Assembly (NCBI GenBank): GCA_038065855.1
Contig: JBBTQD010000008.1
Location: 1-41,357 of the forward strand
DNA length: 41,357 bases
Source of the DNA: Patescibacteria group bacterium
Lineage (GTDB): Bacteria; Patescibacteriota; Minisyncoccia; 2-02-FULL-40-12
Reading direction: 5' to 3'
Shown: piece after piece, positions 34,405 through 41,357 of the stretch
Numbering within the stretch: position 1 is the stretch's first letter
How the letters are laid out: every line of letters starts with the position of its first letter
Made by a program: the position numbers and the translations under genes
The notes under the pieces: model-generated
Database searches by the model: none
What the model was told of the DNA's origin: nothing
What the model saw: the letters and a program-made list of their open reading frames with translations, nothing else

Positions 34405-37083
34405 TTAATGCTTAACCTGCTCTTTAATCTTAACCTCAAACCCCTTCTCAAAATCAACTTCAATCACGCTCCTCCGCTCCGGCTCTTCTTTCAATAAAAT
34501 CTCGGAAATCCGGTTCTCTATTTCTTTTTGAATAACCCGTTTTAATTCTCGGGCGCCGAAATGCGGGTCAAAGCCCTGCTCGGCTAATTTCTTTACCGCC
34601 GGCGGAGAAATATCAAGGACGTATCCGAGCATCTTTAATTTTTCGGCAAGTTTTTCCAACTGCAAAACCACGATTTTCTGAATCTGCTCTTTCTCAAGCG
34701 ATTTGAAAACAATTATCTCGTCAAGACGGTTCAAAAACTCGGGCCGGAAATAGGTCCGGAGATTATTTGTCAGCATCTCCTTTAAAGCGTCATAAGTCAT
34801 CCGGTCGCCTTGGAGCTTATCAAACTCCCGGTGAATTATATCAGAGCCGACATTAGAAGTGGCAATGATAATCGTATTTGAAAAATCAACCAACCGGCCC
34901 TGGCCGTCGGTCAAACGGCCGTCTTCCAAAACCTGAAGCAGGATATTAAAAACATCAGAATGAGCTTTTTCGATTTCATCGAACAAAATTATCGAATGCG
35001 GCCGCCGACGAACTTGCTCTGTAAGCTGTCCGCCTTCTTCATAACCGACATACCCTGGCGGCGCCCCTACGAGCCGTGAAACATTGTGTTTTTCCATGTA
35101 TTCAGACATATCCAATCGGATCATCGCCTGGTCATCGCCAAACAGCGTAAAAGCCAAAGTCCGGGCAAGTTCAGTCTTGCCGACGCCGGTCGGTCCCAAA
35201 AATAAAAACGAAGCAATAGGCCGGCGGATGTCGCCGAGCCCGGCCCGTCCGCGCCTGATTGCCTGAGCCACTGACTTAACCGCCTCTTCCTGATCAATTA
35301 ACCGTTCGTGGATTCTTTCTTCCATATTAAGCAATTTTTCCTTCTCGGCCCGGGTAAGTTCGGTCAAAGGAATTCCGGTTAACTTTGAAATCACCTCGGC
35401 CACATTTTCAAAACTAACTTCTGGAATAATTTTTGCCTTTTTTGTTTCCCACTCATCCAGTTTTTCGGCTCTTTCTTTTTCCAGCTCAACGATGTCTTTT
35501 TCAATCGCCGAAACTTTTTTGCTTTTGGCGTGCTTGGCCGCATCAAGCTCTTTTTTAAGATTGCGGATTTTTTCTTCCAGTTTTTTCAAATCATCCGGCT
35601 CGGTTAAAAACTGGATTCTGACCCGGGCCGCCGCCTGATCTATTAAATCAATGGCTTTGTCCGGCAGAAAACGTCCGGTGATGTAGCGATGGGAAAATTC
35701 TGCCGCGCCGATAATGGCCTCGTCCGAAATTTTTACCCGATGGTGCGACTCATAGCGGTCTCTTAAACCGTGCAAAATTTCAACTGTTTCACCGACTGAC
35801 GGCTCTGATACGTAAATCGGCTGGAATCTCCGCTCCAAAGCCGCGTCTTTTTCAATGTGTTTTTGATACTCTTTCAAGGTAGTGGCGCCAACCACGTGAA
35901 GCTCGCCTCTGGCCAAGGCCGGCTTAAACATATTAGCCGCATCCATTGCCCCGCCTTCGGCTCTGCCGGCGCCGACAAGCAGATGAAGCTCGTCAATAAA
36001 AATAATCAGTTTATCGGAATTGGTTTTGATTTCTTCCAAAATCCCTTTGAGCCGTTCTTCAAATTGCCCCCGGAATTGGGTGCCAGCCAGAATTCCGGAT
36101 AAATCAAGTTCAACCACCCGTTTGCCCTGCAAAGGTTCAGGAACGTTCCCGGAAACAATCCTCTGGGCCAAACCTTCAATAATCGCCGTTTTTCCCACTC
36201 CCGGTTCGCCGATTAAAACAGGATTATTCTTGGTACGCCTCGCTAATATTTCAATTGTCGTTTCAATTTCCTTATGTCGGCCGATGACCGGATCGAGCTT
36301 CCCAGCTCGAGCTATTTGAGTCAGGTCACGGGAAAACTGATCCAAAGCCGGGGTCTGCATCGTCGGAATAAATCCTTCTTTCGCTCCCCGGCCGACCGTT
36401 TTCGCCGCTGCGTTCTTTATTTTTTCGTAATCAAGCTTCTGCTTCTTCAAAATTCTCGCGCCAAGTCCCTCGCCTTCAGCCATTAAAGCCAAAAACAAAT
36501 GTTCTGGCCCGATATAGCCGTGGCGCAAATTTTGGGCTTCGGGCAGAGCCAAATCCAAAATTCTTTTCATCCGCGGAGAAAATTCCGGCTCTTCATCGGC
36601 TTTGCCGACTTCAATACTTTTTTCCAAAATTGATCTTATTTCCGTTTCCGAAACTTTTAAATTATTTAAAATCTTCTTGATGATGTGGTCGTTTATCAAA
36701 GCCAAAAGCAAATGCTCGGTATCGATCTCGGAGCTACCTGAATTTTTGGCGTACTGGACCGCTTGATTCAAAACTTCTTTTGCTGATTCGGAAATATAAT
36801 CCTGGACGTCCACTCTTTCCTGAACTCTCGGCTCGGCCTCAAAAATATCGCCGAATAAATCACCGAAAAGATCATCGCCGAAGATGCTGCCAAAGCCAAA
36901 AGGGTCGCGGCCGGTTTTCTTTTTTGGAATATTGCCGCGCCTGTCAGAACCTCCACCGCCAAAACCAAAACTCACCCCTTTTTGAGCGCATTCATCGCAA
37001 ACATTCATCACCGAACTTCGGCCGTTGACTACCTTAACAATCCGGCGAGTTGAATTATTTTTCCTGCAGATATCGCAAAGCAT
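34405..37083 (-). CDS. Hsp100/Clp AAA+ ATPase with N-terminal Zn finger (ClpG/ClpK-like)
   Basis: CxxC...CxxC N-terminus, G/F-rich linker, Clp N repeats, two AAA modules (GEPGVGKT, GPTGVGKT), no IGF/LGF loop seen. Confidence 0.9.
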   Translation of the reverse strand: MLCDICRKNNSTRRIVKVVNGRSSVMNVCDECAQKGVSFGFGGGGSDRRGNIPKKKTGRDPFGFGSIFGDDLFGDLFGDIFEAEPRVQERVDVQDYISESAKEVLNQAVQYAKNSGSSEIDTEHLLLALINDHIIKKILNNLKVSETEIRSILEKSIEVGKADEEPEFSPRMKRILDLALPEAQNLRHGYIGPEHLFLALMAEGEGLGARILKKQKLDYEKIKNAAAKTVGRGAKEGFIPTMQTPALDQFSRDLTQIARAGKLDPVIGRHKEIETTIEILARRTKNNPVLIGEPGVGKTAIIEGLAQRIVSGNVPEPLQGKRVVELDLSGILAGTQFRGQFEERLKGILEEIKTNSDKLIIFIDELHLLVGAGRAEGGAMDAANMFKPALARGELHVVGATTLKEYQKHIEKDAALERRFQPIYVSEPSVGETVEILHGLRDRYESHHRVKISDEAIIGAAEFSHRYITGRFLPDKAIDLIDQAAARVRIQFLTEPDDLKKLEEKIRNLKKELDAAKHAKSKKVSAIEKDIVELEKERAEKLDEWETKKAKIIPEVSFENVAEVISKLTGIPLTELTRAEKEKLLNMEERIHERLIDQEEAVKSVAQAIRRGRAGLGDIRRPIASFLFLGPTGVGKTELARTLAFTLFGDDQAMIRLDMSEYMEKHNVSRLVGAPPGYVGYEEGGQLTEQVRRRPHSIILFDEIEKAHSDVFNILLQVLEDGRLTDGQGRLVDFSNTIIIATSNVGSDIIHREFDKLQGDRMTYDALKEMLTNNLRTYFRPEFLNRLDEIIVFKSLEKEQIQKIVVLQLEKLAEKLKMLGYVLDISPPAVKKLAEQGFDPHFGARELKRVIQKEIENRISEILLKEEPERRSVIEVDFEKGFEVKIKEQVKH

Positions 37084-37100
37084 AAGTTAGATAATAAATT

Positions 37101-37766
37101 TTAGAGGATGTCGTGAATGTCGTCAATCCAACGGCAATAATCGCAGTTCCCGTGCTTTTCCGGCAAGGACCCGTTAAGCAAATTGACCGCCCGATAAAAA
37201 AACTCTTTGGCGCTGTCTTTTGAAGTGTCAATTCTTTTGGGAACAACATTAAATTCAATAGTACTATTGCTCTTTACTTTAATCGGAGCGAAAAAAACAA
37301 GATAGCCGATATCTTTGGCCGGATAGCCATTTTCATCCAAAAGCCAGGTGTAGATATTGAGCTGGTTTTGATGAAAAATATGGGAATCTTCTTTGATGTC
37401 GCCTTTGGATTTATAATCAAGCGGGATAAAGTGGTTATCTTCCGAAATTAGGCAGTCGTCGAGAGCGCTGACGATTTTTGCCCCGGCATTTTTATCGTAA
37501 AAAGACAAACCGGTCCGCCAATTCCTCCATTTTTTCAAAAGCTCCTGATTATCCAAAAGCTTCCCTTCAACTAAGCCCTCCAGCTGGGGCGGCAATTGGC
37601 CATTTGCCCTGAATCCGTCAAAATAGTCCTTGATTAAAAGATCCATCTTGGTGTAAAGAGGCATCGGAAGGCCCTGAGGCCGGCGAATCCCCTCTTTCAC
37701 CTGCAAGTAAAAACAGCGCGGGCAATCATTGAATAAAGCCAAACTGGAAGCGGATAAAATAATCAT
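37101..37766 (-). CDS. PD-(D/E)XK nuclease (Cas4/AddB-like, stand-alone)
   Basis: LSASSL...CPRCFY, ALDD, LDYKS, QLNIY and C-terminal CDYC motifs. Confidence 0.85.
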   Translation of the reverse strand: MIILSASSLALFNDCPRCFYLQVKEGIRRPQGLPMPLYTKMDLLIKDYFDGFRANGQLPPQLEGLVEGKLLDNQELLKKWRNWRTGLSFYDKNAGAKIVSALDDCLISEDNHFIPLDYKSKGDIKEDSHIFHQNQLNIYTWLLDENGYPAKDIGYLVFFAPIKVKSNSTIEFNVVPKRIDTSKDSAKEFFYRAVNLLNGSLPEKHGNCDYCRWIDDIHDIL

Positions 37767-37807
37767 ATCAAAATTAAAATATCAAAATTACAGATTAAAA
37801 ATAAAAA

Positions 37808-37918
37808 TTATCTTCTGCCTTTCAAAGTTAAAATACTTGAACCAAAAATCTTAGCAATTTCATCAAGTTCATCCAGAAACCAATTTACTGCTTTAAATTT
37901 TGATTTGTCATTTTGCAT
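37808..37918 (-). pseudogene. Internally deleted four-helix-bundle (23S rRNA IVP-like) gene flanked by heptamer repeats
   Basis: 36 aa MQNDKSKFKAVNWFLDELDEIAKIFGSSILTLKGRR resembles the two termini of four-helix-bundle proteins (recalled, not searched); A-rich 7-mer repeats on both sides. Confidence 0.6.
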
Positions 37919-37938
37919 TTTAATTTTTAATATTTGAT

Positions 37939-38709
37939 TTACTTTTTACTGAGCAGGCTTATTAAAAATATCCCGATGCCGACCAGAATTATCATCGGGC
38001 CTGGCGGCAATTCATAAGCCCGACTAATTATAAGGCCTGACGGCGCGATTATTAAACCAAAAATCGCGCTTAAAGCGACATATTTATTAATGCTCCGGCT
38101 CAAGTTTTTGGCGGCCGTGGCCGAAACTATAATCAAAGCACCCATCAATAGCGTCCCGACCACTTTCACGCCCAAAGCCACGACTGTTGCCACCAGAGTC
38201 AAAAAAAGCAGATTTATTTTTCTTAACTTTACGCCGCTGGCCACGGCCAAATCTTCGGAAATCGTTCCGAGAATCAAGCCTTTGTAAATTTTGGCGCCGA
38301 CGATAAACACCAAAGCCGAAAGTAAAACCGCTAGAGAAACATCAAAGAAATCAATATTCGAGATATCGCCAAAAAGGGCTTCGCCGAGTTCTTCCAAATC
38401 CGGAATCATCATTACCCCGACCGCCAAAGAAGCAACGAAAAGAATCCCGATTAAAGCTTCGGTTGGAAGCCGAGTCCTTTTTTCAAGAAGCCAAATCAGC
38501 CACGAGGCGGCGAATAAAAAAACAAAAGCTAAGAAAAACGGATTTAAGTTGTAAATCAGAGCGATGCCGATCCCGGGCAAAGCAACATGGCTTAAGACGT
38601 CGCCGGCCAAAGCCAGGCGCCGCAAAACCATGATTGAACCCAGATACCCGGCCGCGGCTCCAACCGCGGCCGCCGCAATGAGTGAAAATAATAAATTCTG
38701 GTCAATCAT
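37939..38709 (-). CDS. Zn/Mn ABC transporter permease (ZnuB-like)
   Basis: GDVLSHVALPG, LFGDI, GVKVVG and PPGP motifs. Confidence 0.92.
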   Translation of the reverse strand: MIDQNLLFSLIAAAAVGAAAGYLGSIMVLRRLALAGDVLSHVALPGIGIALIYNLNPFFLAFVFLFAASWLIWLLEKRTRLPTEALIGILFVASLAVGVMMIPDLEELGEALFGDISNIDFFDVSLAVLLSALVFIVGAKIYKGLILGTISEDLAVASGVKLRKINLLFLTLVATVVALGVKVVGTLLMGALIIVSATAAKNLSRSINKYVALSAIFGLIIAPSGLIISRAYELPPGPMIILVGIGIFLISLLSKK

Positions 38710-39395
38710 ATATGTGTATGAGGATAAATTCCGACTTCGGTTCCATAAAGTTTTTTCAGCTCCTCGGCGCTTAAGGCCTTATGGGGCGGGCCGAAGCATA
38801 TTTTTTTCTTATTTAAGCACAAAACATTGCCGGCATATTGATAAACCACATGAATATCGTGGGAAATGAAAATAATGGTCAAGTCGTGCTCATTTTTTAA
38901 CTTACGAAGCAGGTTATAAATTGTCTCCTCTCCGCCGATATCAATGCCGGTGGTCGGTTCGTCAAAAAGAAGAATCTCGGGGTTGCCTAAAAGAGCAAAA
39001 GCAATCAGAACTTTTTGAAGTTCTCCGCCGGATAAAACGCCGAGCGGAACATTTAATAAATGAGCGTGGAGATCGACCCATTTCAAAACCTCGGCCATTT
39101 GTTTCTCGCCTTTTTTATAACTTAAAAACTCTTTGACGCTTAAAGGCAAATCCCGTTCAACAATGAATCTTTGGGGCACATAACCGACTTTGACGTCGTT
39201 TCGCCAGTTTATTTTCCCGGCATAAGGAATCAAGCCCAAAAGCGCCCGGAACAAAACCGTCTTCCCCGCCCCGTTCGGACCAATAACTGCCACGATCCCG
39301 CCTTTATCAATTTCAAAACTTAAATCTTGAATGATTTTATTGCCGTCAAACTCAACATTCAGATTTTCAACTTTTAGGATTGTCTCATCAGCCAT
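38706..39395 (-). CDS. Zn/Mn ABC transporter ATP-binding protein (ZnuC-like)
   Basis: GPNGAGKT, GYVPQ, LSGGE, DEPTTG and SHD motifs; C-terminal HTH residues. Confidence 0.92.
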   Translation of the reverse strand: MADETILKVENLNVEFDGNKIIQDLSFEIDKGGIVAVIGPNGAGKTVLFRALLGLIPYAGKINWRNDVKVGYVPQRFIVERDLPLSVKEFLSYKKGEKQMAEVLKWVDLHAHLLNVPLGVLSGGELQKVLIAFALLGNPEILLFDEPTTGIDIGGEETIYNLLRKLKNEHDLTIIFISHDIHVVYQYAGNVLCLNKKKICFGPPHKALSAEELKKLYGTEVGIYPHTHI

Positions 39396-39418
39396 TTTTA
39401 GAATAATAGCAGATTAAA

Positions 39419-41245
39419 TTAACTTTCGGAATTGGGTAAGTTTTTTGTATTCTTGCACTTCGGGAAATTGGAGCAGGCCAGAAATTTTCCGAATCGGCCC
39501 ATCCGGATAACCATCTTGCCCCCGCATTTCTCGCAGACTTCGTCGGTTCCCTCAACCGTTTTATCGCCCACTTCTTTATATTTTTTTTCAAGATTAGCCG
39601 AAAACGGCCCGTAAAATTTCTTGATCACTTCCACCCACTCTTCTTTGCCTTCGGCGATATCGTCTAATTCCCGCTCCATATTGCTCGTAAATTTAATATC
39701 AACCACATCCGGAAAATGTTCAACCAAAAGATCATTAACCATTCTGCCTATTTCGGTCGGATGAAAAAATCTTATTCGGTCTTTCTGGACATAATTCCGG
39801 TCCTGAATAGTTGAAATAATCGGGGCATAGGTTGAAGGCCGACCGATGCCGTATTTCTCCAAAGTTTTTACCAAAGAAGCCTCGTTGTATCTTGGCGGCG
39901 GTTTGGTAAAATGCTGGTCCGGCTTTAATCCCAAAAGTTTCAATTTCTCGTTTTCTTCTAAATCGGGCAAATCCAATTCGCCGAATTTCATCGGATATAC
40001 CCTAAGAAAACCATCAAACTTCAATGTTTGCCCGTTTGCGCCGAAAGTATATTTATCCGCTAAAATCTCTACGCTCATCGTGTCAAAAACCGCTTCTTTC
40101 ATTTGGGTGGCCAAAAAGCGCCGCCAGATTAAATCATAAAGCTTGAATTGCTGGGGCGTGAGGTGGCTTCTGATACTTTCGGGAGTCCGGGCCGGCTCGG
40201 TCGGCCTAATGGCCTCATGAGCTTCTTGAGCCAAACGGGACTTAGTTTTATATTTTCTCGGGAAACCGGCGTAGTACCCTTCACCGAAAAGACTTATAAT
40301 TGAGTCTTTTACGGCCCAAAGAGCCTGATCGGAAATATTAGTCGAGTCGGTTCGCATATAAGTAATATAACCGTTTTCGTAAAGCTGCTGGGCCAGCATC
40401 ATTGTCTGTTTGGAAGAAAATCTTAATTTTTTGAAAGATTCCTGCTGGAGGGTGCTAGTGATAAAGGGCGATGGCGGATTTTTTTTAGTTTCTTTTCTTT
40501 CAACTTTTGAAACTATGTAATCCGCGCCTTCCAAATCTTTTAAAATTTTGTCGGCTTCGGTTTTTGTTTTTATGCCCGGTTTTGGAACCGCCTCGCCGTT
40601 TATCTTGGTTAATAAAGCCTCAAATTTATTTTGGTCATTTTTGATTTTGAGAAGCGAAGCGAAAATCGTCCAGTACTCTTCCGGCTTAAAACTCTCAATC
40701 TCCTTTTCCCGTTCAACGATTAAACGTAAAGCTACTGACTGGACCCGGCCGGCCGAGAGGCCCCGGGCTATCTTTTTCCATAAAAACGGCGACAATTTAT
40801 AACCGACAAGACGATCCAAGACTCGCCTGGCCTGCTGGGCATTGACTAAATTCATATCTATATCGCGGGGATTTTTTAAGGCTTCTTCAATTGCCTGTTT
40901 GGTAATTTCGTGGAAAACTATTCTTCCAAGTATTTTTTTATTTTTATTCAAACCGAGAGCTTCAACTAAATGCCATGAAATCGCCTCTCCTTCTCTGTCT
41001 CCGTCTGTTGCCATTATGATTTTTTCGGATTTAGGAATAAATTTTTTTAGACCGGCAATGGTTTTTTTGGCTTTTGGCGGAATCACGTATTTCGGCTCAA
41101 AATTATTTTCAACATCCACTCCGAGAACGGTTCTGGGCAGATCCCGGACATGGCCGAAAGAAGACTGAACCGAATATTCGCGGCCTAAGAATTTAGATAT
41201 TGTCCGTGCCTTCGCCGGACTCTCTACTATTATAAGACTAATCAT
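39419..41245 (-). CDS. topA: DNA topoisomerase I
   Basis: IVESPAK, DGDREGE, SAGRVQS, ITYMRTD and GIGRPST motifs; one C-terminal Zn ribbon. Confidence 0.98.
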   Translation of the reverse strand: MISLIIVESPAKARTISKFLGREYSVQSSFGHVRDLPRTVLGVDVENNFEPKYVIPPKAKKTIAGLKKFIPKSEKIIMATDGDREGEAISWHLVEALGLNKNKKILGRIVFHEITKQAIEEALKNPRDIDMNLVNAQQARRVLDRLVGYKLSPFLWKKIARGLSAGRVQSVALRLIVEREKEIESFKPEEYWTIFASLLKIKNDQNKFEALLTKINGEAVPKPGIKTKTEADKILKDLEGADYIVSKVERKETKKNPPSPFITSTLQQESFKKLRFSSKQTMMLAQQLYENGYITYMRTDSTNISDQALWAVKDSIISLFGEGYYAGFPRKYKTKSRLAQEAHEAIRPTEPARTPESIRSHLTPQQFKLYDLIWRRFLATQMKEAVFDTMSVEILADKYTFGANGQTLKFDGFLRVYPMKFGELDLPDLEENEKLKLLGLKPDQHFTKPPPRYNEASLVKTLEKYGIGRPSTYAPIISTIQDRNYVQKDRIRFFHPTEIGRMVNDLLVEHFPDVVDIKFTSNMERELDDIAEGKEEWVEVIKKFYGPFSANLEKKYKEVGDKTVEGTDEVCEKCGGKMVIRMGRFGKFLACSNFPKCKNTKNLPNSES

Positions 41246-41357
41246 TATGTTTCTTCGTCCTCTATTGAAGACAAATATTTTTCTTCTAAAGCATATTGTC
41301 CACTTCCAAGATTCTTGATTATTCCTTTCATCTCCATGGCCGTCAAGGCTGAATTGA
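41245..41357 (-). CDS. dprA: DprA C-terminal winged helix, 3' end of a gene truncated by the window
   Basis: My translation NSALTAMEMKGIIKNLGSGQYALEEKYLSSIEDEET*; TAATG overlap with topA; the dprA-topA order is common. Confidence 0.7.
   Translation of the reverse strand, partial: NSALTAMEMKGIIKNLGSGQYALEEKYLSSIEDEET

Noticed and set aside
1-41357. Alternative genetic code (UGA = Gly) and the many 60-170 aa antisense ORFs inside long genes
   Set aside because: TGA ends conserved genes at the expected position (mraZ, rpmE, rpiB), so code 11 fits. The antisense ORFs are shadows of well-supported genes.

Overview
This 41 kb window comes from a small-genome bacterium, most likely Patescibacteria/CPR (Parcubacteria-like). 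That assignment is inferred from the gene set, tight or overlapping genes, leaderless-looking promoters and short EF-Ts, RF1 and SecD. Core content: rsmH(partial)-mraZ; rplJ-rplL with an L10 leader; mltG; pcm; rpmG; tsf; rpsB; rpmE; a truncated prfA; rplY; secD; a pentose/hexose-phosphate cluster (trxB, rpiB, D-glycerate dehydrogenase, rpe, pfkB-like, unknown, fba); a protein O-mannosyltransferase; glutaredoxin; a Clp ATPase; znuBC-like genes; topA; dprA(partial); and four tRNAs (Val-CAC, Trp-CCA, Thr-GGT, Tyr-GTA). Main points of interest: (i) an AT-rich ~9 kb surface-glycan island between mraZ and tRNA-Val, with a PilZ-less cellulose-synthase-like GT2, GH8, GH113-like hydrolase, lipid-carrier GT2/flippase and a GT-C-LysM fusion; (ii) two diverged, oppositely oriented copies of an unrecognised long hairpin element at 14973-15474 that show covariation; (iii) a ~325 nt structured orphan transcript with a perfect sigma70 promoter and its own terminator (33815-34140); (iv) a free-standing HTH-LAGLIDADG gene between a promoter and the tRNA-Tyr operon; (v) a ClpG-like disaggregase; (vi) many miniature palindromic or heptamer elements, some inside coding sequences, one of which rebuilt a start codon. 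All calls come from reading the sequence by eye; no database searches or folding programs were run.
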